A stretch of DNA of 63,981 nt, counting the filler, from Octopus bimaculoides (Eukaryota): NCBI RefSeq assembly GCF_001194135.2. It is 8 parts of 7 records of this genome, joined end to end, with 100 filler letters (N's around TTAATTAATTAA, not from the genome) between each part and the next. Parts side by side here need not be neighbours in the genome. Positions count along the whole stretch, not along the records: positions 28,785 to 50,695 come from NC_068982.1; positions 50,796 to 52,904 come from NC_068993.1; positions 53,005 to 60,292 come from NC_069003.1; positions 60,393 to 63,981 come from NC_068989.1; 4 more parts are not named here. One strand, given 5' to 3'. Positions within the stretch are counted from its first letter, which is position 1; the number at the start of each line of letters is the position of its first letter. Made by a program: the position numbers and the translations under genes. Below the pieces are notes generated by a model. That model did no database searches, was not told the DNA's origin, and saw only the letters and a program-made list of their open reading frames with translations. Positions 50,490 to 61,857 of the stretch are shown piece after piece.

Positions 50490-50696
50490 TCATCATCATC
50501 ATCATCATCGTTTAACGTCCGCTTTCCATGCTAGCATGGGTTGGACGATTTGACTGAGGACTGGTGAAACCGGATGGCAACACCAGGCTCCAGTCTGATT
50601 TGGCAGAGTTTCTACAGCTGGATGCCCTTCCTAACGCCAACCACTCAGAGAGTGTAGTGGGTGCTTTTACGTGTCACCCGCACGAAAACGGCCACN
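50487..50696 (-). mobile_element. Family C retroposon, young copy truncated by a gap
   Basis: (cat)n cgtttaacgtccgctttccatgctagcatgggttggacg. Confidence 0.9.
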
Positions 50697-51084
50697 NNNN
50701 NNNNNNNNNNNNNNNNNNNNNNNNNNNNNNNNNNNNNNNTTAATTAATTAANNNNNNNNNNNNNNNNNNNNNNNNNNNNNNNNNNNNNNNNNNNNGTACG
50801 TTCCAAAAGAGATGGAAGCATGTTGCACGAGTGTTGTGCGTGCAAGGAACCGTGTGAATAGTCAGAAAAAAAAAGGGAGAAAAAGGTGCCAGCGATAGAT
50901 CGGGGCTTGTGGGGTCGGAGCGTGGCCTGATCATCGCTTCATTTGTGTTGTCTAACGTACTGTTAATATCATTCGATTTTTTATATTTTCTATAATTTTT
51001 AAAGTCATATTTTATGTAAACCATTCGCATTACTGATCCCAATCAGTTGTTTTGTACCATTCTATGTTTAGCCCCCTGTGGGCA

Positions 51085-51265
51085 ATAAAGAAATTGGTAT
51101 TTCGTCTGTCTTTACATTCTGAGGTCAAATTCCGCCAAGGTCGACTTTGCCTTTAATCCTTTCTGGGTCAATAAATTAAGTACCAGTTGCGCATATGGGG
51201 TCGATCTAATCGACTGCCCCTTCCCCGCAAGATTTCGGGCCTTGTGCTTTGAGTAGGAAAGATTA
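51085..51265 (+). mobile_element. SINE family B, CpGs retained
   Basis: aaattccgccaaggtcgactttgcc...ggggtcgatctaatcgac...ttcgggccttgtgc. Confidence 0.9.
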
Positions 51266-52069
51266 TTTTATTCACCTAGTTTTACATGTTTACACTTTTA
51301 TCGCCTTCAAAGTATTCACCATTTGAAGCAATGCATCGGTCCAGAGGCGTTTTCCACTGCTCGCAGCAGTGCTGGAACTCTTGCGAAGTAACGCCTCTAA
51401 CACCTCCATCGTTTTTTACTTCACCTCTTCCACATCTGGAAACTGTAGCACCAGCTTTCATCACCAGTGATGACCTTCAAAAAAAAGGTCCGGATCGACT
51501 TCCAACTGCTTTTGATCTTCCGTGAGCAAGCGAGACACAAATTTTGCTGCAACTCTTTCATTCGCAATTCCTCACTCAAAATTCATTGGTATGAGCTCCA
51601 TGACACACCAGTCAAATTAACAAGTTCGTCAATTGTTTGGTGACGATCCTCCAAGTTCAGTTCATGAATTTTCATGATGTTTTCCTTCGTTCAGGAGATC
51701 GACACTCGCCCTGAACGAGGTTGGTCCTGAAGCGACCATTCCTAAAGCGTGAAAACCACTCCTAAACGTGTTCTGCTCATGGAATCGGTCCTATAAGTTG
51801 TTTGAAGCATGGCAACTGTTTCCAGCTGAAACAGAATTTCACGAAAGTACGCTGTTCCTTCGTTTCATCCATCGCAAAAACCGACGAACAGGAGAGAAGC
51901 ACTGCAAAACAAAGGCGCACCCCAGGACAGTGCAACTTCGTACGACAACACCGGTCGGCAGACTGATGCCTGAGGGGCGCATCAAGTGGCTTTTAGTGGC
52001 GGAAGCCTGAACTACGACGGGTTTGTCCCACAGAAAACGTTTCCGCTTACTTTTGGGTACCCCTTCGTA
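51266..52069 (-). mobile_element. Internally deleted mariner element, one TIR missing
   Basis: C-terminus QEFQHCCEQWKTPLDRCIASNGEYFEGD and TIR tacgaaggggtacccaaaagtaagcggaa at 52069. Colinear with 58039-58944. Confidence 0.9.
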
Positions 52070-52405
52070 TGTGTGTGTGGGCGGCGGAGAGAAAGAGAGA
52101 GAGAAGCAGGCAGACAGACAGACAGAACTAATCCACACACGCATGCATAACACAGACATACCAACGTACATACCAACTACTGCCTACCTATAACTGGCTG
52201 AATGGTTAGAGCGCTGGATAAAAATCTCCTGCAGAATTCCTCTCCCACGTCCAACTGGAATCTGAGTTCAATATCACCAAGGTCAACATTGACTTTCAAT
52301 GTTAGGGAGTCGAAAGTAAAGTCCCAACGCTATACTTGAGTACATCTCTCTCTTTTTCTCTATTTCTTTCTCTCTCTCTACCTACCTATCTATCTATCTA
52401 TCTAC

Positions 52406-52630
52406 GCGGAGGCGTGGCTGTGTGGTTATGTTTGTGTGTCTGTGTTTGTCTCCCCACCCCACTGTTTCTTGACAACTGAGGTTGGTGTGTCCCCGTAAGT
52501 TAGAGGTTCAGCAAAAGAGACCGATAGAATAAGTACTAAGCTTACAAAGAATAAGTCCTGGTGCCGATTCGTTCGACTAAAGGCAGTGTTCCAGCATGGC
52601 CACAGTCAAATGACTGGAACAAGTAAAAGA
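52406..52630 (+). mobile_element. SINE family A with a central deletion
   Basis: Head gcgtggctgtgtggtt joins directly to the (TG)n segment and the 3' half. Confidence 0.8.
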
Positions 52631-52666
<36 letters not shown>

Positions 52667-52668
<2 letters not shown>

Positions 52669-52904
52669 TAGCTGGTGTACCCGGTAATTTCCGAGGGTAA
52701 AGACCTGCCACAAAAGGTGTATTTTCCGTCACGAAAAAGTACAAAAAACTGTCAGTTGGAGGACAGCAAGAGACGTTTTCGGAGGTTGGCGAGAGGCAAA
52801 GACATTATTCTGCTTAGCGAAGGCATCTGGGAAATGTATAACTGCTGTCATTCACAGAAAAACTATTGTTTTACCGTGAGAAAAGCGCTGTTAAAATGTT
52901 AAGT
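52667..52904 (-). mobile_element. Helitron-like 3' terminus
   Basis: Minus strand ccCTCGGaaattaCCGGG hairpin, 8-nt spacer, then CTAG followed by T within a TA tract. Runs into a gap. Confidence 0.45.
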
Positions 52905-53073
52905 NNNNNNNNNNNNNNNNNNNNNNNNNNNNNNNNNNNNNNNNNNNNTTAATTAATTAANNNNNNNNNNNNNNNNNNNNNNNNNNNNNNNNNNNNNNNN
53001 NNNNCTCAGAACGTAGCGTAAAGACAGATGAAATGCCGCTAAGCGTTTTGTCCGGCGAGCTAACGATGACAAC

Positions 53074-53290
53074 GACCAGGCCGCAATTATCTGTGATATG
53101 CCTGTTCAAACAGACAGAGAAATAAAAGCTAATCGCCCAGACATAATAATCAAAGATTGGGGGGGGGGGGACACTTGCTTACTGATAGATATTGCAGTCC
53201 CTTCTGATCAAAATATCGTCCAAAAAGAAGTTGAGAAATTGTCAAAGCACAAAGACCTTGAAATTGGAGTATTCAAGATGTGGGGCATCT
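53074..53290 (+). mobile_element. R4/Dong-clade non-LTR restriction-like endonuclease fragment
   Basis: DMPVQTDREIKANRPDIIIKD...CLLIDIAVPSDQNIVQKEVEKLSKHKDL, matching the RPD...D...EK..KY RLE signature. Confidence 0.9.
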
Positions 53291-53366
53291 TGAATTTGCA
53301 AATCTAGACAGAAGAACTAGAAAAGAATTCAATATGAAAGGAGGACTTCCTCCATGAGTAGCAATA

Positions 53367-53485
53367 TTGTATTTAGTTAAAAAGGAAGGTGGCAGAGGGC
53401 TACTATCAGTAGAAGACTGTGTGGAGTTAGCTAAAGTGTAGGTAATAGTGATGGAAGTTTATTAAGAGCTGTTAGAGTAACGGTA
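53367..53485 (+). mobile_element. R4/Dong-clade post-RT (thumb) fragment
   Basis: LYLVKKEGGRGLLSVEDCVELAK, then frameshifted NSDGSLLRAVR. LY...GGRGL motif. Confidence 0.75.
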
Positions 53486-53674
53486 GAACATGAGGAAAGC
53501 AAAAAAACCAAATGAAGTTAAAAACCAGAAAAAAGAAAAGAAAAAAATGATTATCTGATTAGCAAGAGTAAGGACGTCGGACAAAACGCTTGGCGCCATT
53601 ACCTCTGTCTTTACGTTCTGAGTTCAAATTTCACCGCGGTCAAAAAGACTAAAAGCACTTCAACACAATGCTGC

Positions 53675-53678
<4 letters not shown>

Positions 53679-53758
<80 letters not shown>
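53679..53758. repeat. (GA)n microsatellite
   Basis: Directly visible. Confidence 0.98.
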
Positions 53759-53759
<1 letters not shown>

Positions 53760-53764
53760 GCTCG

Positions 53765-54050
53765 AGTTGATCAAAGTCTTGTGAGTGGATTTGGTAGACG
53801 GAAACTGAAAGAAGCCTGTCGTATATGTGTGTGTATGTGTGTTTGTGTGTGTGTGTATCTTTGTGTTTGTATTTGTCCTCCACCACAACTGGTACTGGTG
53901 TGTTTACGTCCCCGTAACCTAGCGGTTCGGCAAAAGAGACCTATAGAATAAGTACTAGGCTTAATAAAATAAGTCCTGGACTTTATTTGTTCGACTAAAA
54001 TCCTTCAAGGCGGTGCTCCAGCTTGGCCGCAGTCATGTGACTGAAGTAAG
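53765..54050 (+). mobile_element. SINE family A, 3' two-thirds
   Basis: gtgagtggatttggtagacggaaactgaaagaagcc...cggttcggcaaaagagacc. Confidence 0.9.
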
Positions 54051-54409
54051 GAAAAAGGAAATCTCATAATAAAATCTGTTGTTAAACGTCCACGTGTTTG
54101 CTTTTGCTGTGATATACGCAGCCAGCCTGATCTCACATCCAATTAATAACGATACCACATCAAGGTTTATCTCGACAACTTGACCCCGCAAATGATGGTG
54201 ACTCAACGAAGAAACGCCTACACTGACCAATCTCGCGACACTTTCAAAAATGAACCGCGTAACACTTAAGACGATATGAGGCAGATTTCAGGAAATGGTC
54301 GATTGGGAGCGGACCAACGACTAAGCGACTCGGTTAATCTTTCGCACTCCACCCCTACTCCTGGCTTGGACGATCGATTTGCACATCAAAGGCGTTTCCG
54401 ACTTCCACA

Positions 54410-54790
54410 AGGATTTCTTCTATCTTCATCCGTCCTAGTCGACGATGACCAAGGACATCATATGGGAGAAGAAGACGAGACACGGTGTGTCCGGTTGTGG
54501 CCAACCAGTCCAATGCGAGATTGGAAAGCTCTGTCGCAGGTCAGGCCCTGATGGTCTGTTGAGGCTGAGGGTGAGGAGTTGGCTCTGGGCTTGCGTAGTT
54601 CATGTTTACTTTGTGCCCTTGCAGTCCTGTTCTGCTCGTAGGTGGCGGCACCTCTGCTGGTGCAGCTTCGCCGGGCAGGGCGATCTTGCGTTTGTGTTTC
54701 GCAGGTGTCGAGATTGATCGTGGCCGAGGTCCGTATGTGTGCATCAAGGACATCTAGCTCAGCCTTTGCAACTCCATCGGACAAAGCCCA
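54410..54790 (-). mobile_element. RTE (BovB-like) LINE 3' end
   Basis: INLDTCETQTQDRPARRSCTSRGAATYEQNRTARAQSKHELRK...TCDRAFQSRIGLVGHNRTH*, followed by a short UTR gtccttggtcatcgtcgactaggacgg. Confidence 0.85.
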
Positions 54791-55401
54791 GACACGGCCA
54801 ACATTACAGACATAGTTGAGCCGTCACCCGTAATCGAATAAGACCTGGTGGCTTCAACCATGTTTTGACTGAATTGTTTCGGGTGTTTATATATAATCAA
54901 GCAGACATAGAGACCTCTTCGGTCCTCCAACCCTTGAATCAGCGGAACATCGAGGATAGAGAGGTAGCGGAACATCGTGATGGGATTACTAGAAGGAAGA
55001 AAAGCCAATATTCTTCGAACATTTCCACATGCTTCTCAGCCAAATTTTTGTTATATACTGTATTATATATGACGTCCTGTACCCAGATATGCATCTATAT
55101 ATGCACCAGCATGACCGCAGCCACTTGGCTGAAACACATAAATAAATAAATAAATATATACATGTAGATGTAGGTATGTACATACATGTACGTATATATG
55201 CATATACTCACATATTATTTGTATTATATATATATATATATATATATGTACGTCTATAAATCTACGTATGCATATTTGTATGTATGCATGTATGAACATA
55301 CATGCATACATACAGGTGTGTCTGCACATGCGTACATACATACATACATACATAGAGAGATAGATAGACAGACAGTCAGACAAATAGATAGACAGACAGA
55401 C

Positions 55402-55455
<54 letters not shown>

Positions 55456-55484
55456 TACCAACACTCGATTCGTACTCATATTCA

Positions 55485-55612
55485 GTCGAGTAGACCCCAC
55501 GTGAAATGAGGGGCCTTTCACAACTTGCTGTCTGATCTACGAATCAAACCCACAGCCTGATGGATCATGAACCGAGCATCCTATCCCCTAGACCACACGA
55601 CTTCACACCAAG
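55485..55612 (-). mobile_element. tRNA-derived SINE head, diverged
   Basis: Minus gtgaagtcgtgtggtctaggggatagg...gggtttgattc (A/B-box-like). Confidence 0.5.
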
Positions 55613-56144
55613 AAAACATCTAATGATATAAAAAAATAATAAAACAAACTATCGGTTCCAACTTCAAGGATACTGTACCGTCAAACCCTTAATTTGGAAC
55701 AATAGTCGCAGACACAGTTGAATGGATAGAGAAATTGGTAGAATGTTAACACTGGATTGTACTCAAGAGAGAATCTTGTTCACTAATTAACTCTGGCTTA
55801 TATTAAATGTCTTTTGATTATGTCCGAAGTACAGGAAATCTCTGTAATGCAGGAATTTATCTCGGGGATTCTATTCCCAGACGATGTTTCGAAAAGTAGC
55901 AAGCTGAAACTAATCTTCTCTGAACATCTCTACAAGCTCCTTAATTCCTTAATTAATGTATGTGCATGTGTGTATACAAACACACACACACACACACACA
56001 CACATCTAATTATATAAATTATATGTTACATAATATGTATATCATCGGCTGTGTGCGTATGGATGTATGGATGTATAATTATGTTTGTATGTATATATGT
56101 ATGTATATATGAATGTATGTGTATATATAGAGAGAGAGGGGGGG

Positions 56145-56315
56145 CAGACAGACAGACAGACAGGAAGGCAGACAGACAGGCAGGCAGGCAGGCAGACAGA
56201 CAGGCAGACAGGCAGGCAGACAGACAGACAGACAGACAGGCAGGCAGGCAGACAGGCAGACAGGCAGGCAGACAGGCAGGCAGACAGGCAGGCAGACAGG
56301 CAGGCAGACAGGCAC
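56145..56315. repeat. Mixed (GACA)/(GGCA) tetranucleotide array
   Basis: Directly visible. Confidence 0.95.
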
Positions 56316-56538
56316 AAAGATAGAAAGATAGATAGTGTACATAAATAAACATATATGTATGTATGTATATATGTGTGTGTGTGTGTGCATATATATGCAT
56401 GTAATATATGTATATGTGTGTGTATGCGTGTATATATATACATATATCTATGTATACATATATACACACATACGTGTGTGTGTGTTTGTTAATACATATA
56501 TGTTTATATATGTATATATATATGTGTGTGTGTGTATG

Positions 56539-56577
<39 letters not shown>

Positions 56578-57153
56578 GTGCATGGTTGGTTGGATTGATG
56601 GAAGAACGGAGGGAAGGATTGATTGTTGGATTCATCGAGCGATCGATCGATCAATGCATGTGTATATGTAAATGATTGTGTGTGTGTGCGTGCGTGATGT
56701 GAGTGTGCGCGGACGATTGGTAATTGATGCAATAAACCCAATGGAATGGTTTCCCATAGATATTGATTGAGGGGAGAGGGGAGGGGAGGGGAGGAGGNNN
56801 NNNNNNNNNNNNNNNNNNNNNNNNNNNNNNNNNNNNNNNNNNNNNNNNNNNNNNNNNNNNNNNNNNNNNNNNNNNNNNNNNNNNNNNNNNNNNNNNNNNN
56901 NNNNNNNNNNNNNNNNNNNNNNNNNNNNNNNNNNNNNNNNNNNNNNNNNNNNNNNNNNNNNNNNNNNNNNNNNNNNNNNNNNNNNNNNNNNNNNNNNNNN
57001 NNNNNNNNNNNNNNNNNNNNNNNNNNNNNNNNNNNNNNNNNNNNNNNNNNNNNNNNNNNNNNNNNNNNNNNNNNNNNNNNNNNNNNNNNNNNNNNNNNNN
57101 NNNNNNNNNNNNNNNNNNNNNNNNNNNNNNNNNNNNNNNNNNNNNNNNNNNNN

Positions 57154-57194
<41 letters not shown>

Positions 57195-57259
57195 TGTTGT
57201 GTGTGTGTGGAGAGAGAGAGAGAGAAGGGGAGGAGGAGGGTTAGAAGAAACTGTAAATG

Positions 57260-57303
<44 letters not shown>

Positions 57304-57761
57304 GAAGTTGATCGAAAGTGACAGCTAAAAAAGTGATAGAGTTATCTCCACAGAAAAAGAAAGAGAGATAAAGCTAACGAAAGGCAAACAATCCATAGAC
57401 TATGGAAGATGTCCCTATTAACTCTCCAATCTTTAATACATCACGGTCTCGAAATTACATCGACAAATTCATGAGTATTCTCGACTCTTGAAATTAGCAG
57501 AAACCTATCATAACGAACCAAATAATTTGAATGCAAACTTACAGACGATTAACCTTGTCAATGTTCAACTGAAACGATTAGCCAAATGTGATAACTTTGT
57601 GTGCTGAGAGAAGTGGTGTGTGCTTGCATTTTGTTTCGAGCAAAACGTTTCGTTTCTCAGTTTTCCGAAGAAGTGCTTTGTCTGCCCGAAATATTAGAAC
57701 TCACCGCCCATGACTTTACACTAACTTATATTTTATAAAATATCATAAACTGTGAAAAGGC

Positions 57762-57975
57762 GGCGAGCTGGCAGAAGCGTGAGCACGCCCGGCGAAATAA
57801 TTAGTAGTATTTCGTTTGTCTTTACGTTTTGAGTTCAAATTCCGCTAAGGTCGACTTTGTTTTTCATCCTTTCGATTAGTCAATAGAATGAAAACCAGTG
57901 GAGGACTCGGATAGACGTAATCGACTTACCCGCTACCCACCGAACTTGCTGGCCTTGTGCCAAAATTTGAAACCA
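57762..57975 (+). mobile_element. SINE family B
   Basis: ggcggcgagctggcagaagcg...gagttcaaattccgctaaggtcgactttg. Confidence 0.9.
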
Positions 57976-58038
57976 ATATTATTAACTGTTAGGTTTTTGT
58001 TATATTCATCATTGTAATCTGTGTCTGTATTTATGATG

Positions 58039-58944
58039 TACCTGGGGTACCCAAAAGAAACCTGAATTTTGCAATATTATTTTATTCACTTAGTTTTACA
58101 TGTTTACACTTTTATCGCCTTCAAAGTATTCTCCATTTGAAACAATACATCGGTCCAGACGCATTTCCACTATTTAAAGCAGTGCTGGAACTCTTGCGAA
58201 GTGATTCCTTTTAACGCTGCCATCGTCGTTTTTTTCTTCACCTCTTCCACATCCGCAAATTCCATAGCCACCAGCTTTCGTCACCAATGATGACTTTCGA
58301 AAAAATGTCTGGATCAACTCCCAACTGTTCTTTCAGTTCACAATATACATTCAGTCGTGACTGCTTTTGATCTTCCATAAACAAGCGAGGTACAAATTTT
58401 GCTGCAACTCTTTTCATTCGCATTTCCTCGCTCAAAATTCGTTGACAGGAGCTCCAGGATATACCAGTCATATCAACAAATTCGTCAATTGTTCAGTGAC
58501 GGGCCTCCAAGATCAGTTCGTGAATTTTCATAATGTCTTCATCCGTTCGGAAGAAGTCGACGGACACCCTGAACGAGACTAGTCTTCAAGCGATATGTGA
58601 CCGTTCCTAAAGCGTGGCAGCCACCCGTAAACTTGTGTTTTGCTCATGGCAGCGTCCTTGTAAGCTGTTTGAAGCATAACAACTGCTTCGGCCACCGTTT
58701 TCCCCAGTAGAAAACAGGATTGCATGGGAAACACACTGTTCTTTCGTTTCAGCCATCACAGAAATCGACGAACTGGGGAGAAGCACTGCAAAACAAAGAC
58801 GCACCACGTAGCAGTAGGACTACATTCGACATCGTCGGTCGACCTGAGGGTCGCATCAAGTGGGTTCTAGCGGCGGAAGCCTCAACTACAAAGGGCTTGT
58901 CTCACAGAGAACGTTTCCGGTTACTTTTGGGTACCCACCTCGTA
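58039..58944 (-). mobile_element. Internally deleted mariner element with both TIRs
   Basis: TIRs tacctggggtacccaaaagaaacctgaa / ttccggttacttttgggtacccacctcgta with TA ends. MAETKEQCV...; ISWSSCQRILSEEMRMKRVAAKFVPRL...IIGDESW (WVPR-like motif and first D). Confidence 0.93.
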
Positions 58945-58997
58945 CATGTGCGTGTATGAGAGGTAGGTGGGTCTTCGTGTTTGGGTGGGTGTGTGTG

Positions 58998-59029
<32 letters not shown>

Positions 59030-59317
59030 CGTGTGCGGGCGAGAGAGAAAGAGCGCGTGTGTGTATGTGTATTCATGAATGTATATGTATGCCTGTATGT
59101 ATGTGTATGCCTGCGTGCATGCATGCGTGTCTGTGTCCGTGTGCATTATGTATGTATATTTATGAATGCATATTTGTGTATGGGGGAAAATCTGAAGTGG
59201 TCTCCCTTGCATTTATGCTTTAGTTACTTCCCTTGAATAATCTTGTTATATCCCTTGAAACGTTTTATCCCTTGGAACGTTTTATATGCGTGAAGAATTT
59301 ATTTTCTTCTTTGCTTC

Positions 59318-59480
59318 CGTCATTAGACTACGGCCATGCTGGGGCATCGCCTTAAAGGGTTTATTTCAACAAATCACACCTTTTACGTTTTTTTTTTTTT
59401 TAGGGTCTTATACTTTATTCTATCCATGTATTTTGTCGAAACACTAAGTTACGATAAGATAAACAAACCACCACCACCAC
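59318..59480 (-). mobile_element. SINE family A, 3' part
   Basis: gtcattagactacggccatgctggggcatcgcc. Confidence 0.7.
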
Positions 59481-59924
59481 CAGCTGGGAATGAGGGTTCA
59501 CCCGTCGTCTGATTGACATCCCGATCAGGATGTGTGTGCGTGTGGGGGATTAGCTTGTATTTTTTGCTTTTTGTGTTTTACAGCCTTACCTGAGGCATTG
59601 CCTTGAAGGATTTGGTCCCCTTAGTTCTTAACCTTTTTTCACCTACGGACACCTTTGACCCTTAATTTTACTCTCCGAGATTCTCCCACGGCCATTTGAC
59701 GCTAAAACAAAACCTATCAGTTTTTTTTTTTTACAATTAAGCATTATTAGGAATTGTATTTTAAATAATTGTCAAAATATCTTGGGTATTGTAGAACTTT
59801 GAAGGCTTGTCCCCCGCCACGCAACTCTCGACAACCGGTGTTGGTGTTTTTACGTCCCCATAATTTAGCTGTTTGGCAAAAGTGCCGGTAATTGAAATAC
59901 CAGATATCCAGACATGCACAATGA

Positions 59925-60180
59925 AAGGCATGGCTAAGTGGTTAGAGTATTCCACTTACGATCGTGGGTTCGATTCCCGGCGGCGTGTTGTATCCTTGAG
60001 CAAGACACTTTATTTCATGTTACTCCAGTCCACTCAGCTGGCAAAAATTGAGTAGTACCTGTAATTCAAAGGGCCAACCTTGTCGTATTTTGTCTCATGC
60101 TGAATCTTCCTAAGGACTACGTTAGGGGTATGCGTGTCTGTGGAGTACTCAGCCACTTGCGCGTTAATTTCACGAGCAGT
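59925..60180 (+). mobile_element. SINE family D
   Basis: tggctaagtggttagag...gggttcgattcccggcggcg...ccttgagcaagacactttatttc. Confidence 0.9.
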
Positions 60181-61457
60181 CTAATTTCACATTTAGAAAA
60201 AAAAGTGTTTTCCTCCCACAGAGAACCGATGGAGACAGCTGGCAGTCTTCAATGATCAAAGAACAAATGAAAAGGACGTACCTACACATGTGNNNNNNNN
60301 NNNNNNNNNNNNNNNNNNNNNNNNNNNNNNNNNNNNTTAATTAATTAANNNNNNNNNNNNNNNNNNNNNNNNNNNNNNNNNNNNNNNNNNNNTTGTGTTT
60401 GCCACCTTGGAATCCTCTGTGTAGTTGGTTGATCCACTACTCAGGAAGAGACTATTCTAGAGTACGTCACTGTCTGGTCTTCGAAACGTCTAGATAGAAT
60501 AGAGACAGCTGATGAAGGGATATTCCAAGGGGCTTTCCGTTTTCCTATGTGTTCGTTCCGTTGTCTGTAGTTTATTGTTCTAACGTCCTGTACCCTGATA
60601 TGCATGTATATACACATGTAGATGTAAGTATGTACATATATGTGTGTATACATGTATATATATTCTTTGTATTATATATATATATATATATATATGTACA
60701 TACATACACATATTTATATGTATGTATTTATATATATAGATGTGGTGGTGGTGCTGTTGTATATGTATTTCTCTATGTGTAAATTTAATACGTACATACA
60801 TACATCACACACACATATATATATATATAGATTTGAATACACACACAAATACAATGTGTAATTAAAAAATAAATATTTTCAGGTATACAAAACCCCCAAT
60901 ATTATTTTAACAATGAACTCAATTCCTGTCTAGAATCAAATATTTGCCATAACATTGTCCTCTGTGGCGTTGAACCTTTGCTGGTTGTGACATATGTTAC
61001 AAATTTTTAAGTAGGAGAGTAATAATTGGGCACAGATGTGTCTCTGAAGACCATCAAAGAATGGATGGAATTGGTCAAAATTGGATTCGTCAAAAAAGAA
61101 CGGTTGAATAAATAGTAACGTTCTGAAATTTTATTTGGGAATGAAAGGAAAAAGGAGGGGGTTTAGATTAAAATAGAAAGGTTTAACTAGTTCCATAAGT
61201 GGTTAGAAGGTCAAAGAGTGTACTGCGAATTATTATACATATCAAAAAGAATGGGTGATTGATTGCTTGCAGTTTAAAATTTTCATATTGTTGTGCTTGT
61301 TAGGCAGGATGTTTGAAATGCTATACTGTAGGGGAGCTAAAGGATAGTTTTCTTTAATTATATTTAATATTAAATTTTAGGAATACTTATAATTTATTGT
61401 TTAGGAATAAAACGTTTACTTTAATTTAAGGACAATAGCATAATTTAATATATATAC

Positions 61458-61769
61458 GGGCGCAGACGTGGCTGTGTGGTAAGACGCTTGCTTTTCAACC
61501 AAATAGTTCAGTCTCGCTGCGTGGCACCTATAGCCTCGAGCCAACCAGAGCCTTGTGAGTGTATTTGGTAGACAGAAACTGAAAGAAGCCCGTCATATAT
61601 ATATATATATCTATATACCTGTGTGTGTTTGTCCCCCTCCACCGTGTATTTATATCCGAGTAGCTTAGCGGTTCGGAAAAAGAAACCGATAGAATAAGTA
61701 CTAGACTAAAAAATCCTGGGGTCGATTTGCTCCATCATGGCAGAATTCAAATGACTGAAATAAGTAATA

Positions 61770-61770
<1 letters not shown>
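61458..61770 (+). mobile_element. SINE family A
   Basis: gggcgcagacgtggctgtgtggtaag...gaaactgaaagaagcccgtc...aaatgactgaaataagt. Confidence 0.9.
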
Positions 61771-61803
<33 letters not shown>

Positions 61804-61820
61804 CATATGTTTTCTCCGTA

Positions 61821-61857
61821 TTCTTTCTGTTGAAGAGCGTAGCTCGAAACGTTAAAG
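61821..61857 (+). ncRNA. Degenerate minimal type I hammerhead ribozyme motif in a Penelope-type repeat
   Basis: tcttt-CTGtTGA-a-GAGC gta GCTC-GAAA-cgt-t-aaaga. 5-bp stem I, 4-bp stem II, palindromic ACGT stem III. Confidence 0.6.

Noticed and set aside
54276-54717. GC-rich plus-strand ORFs of 90-91 aa
   Set aside because: Largely antisense to the RTE 3' end, with no independent motif
57655-57705. ccgaagaag...gcccgaaatatta as a hammerhead
   Set aside because: Core box and stem II are too degenerate
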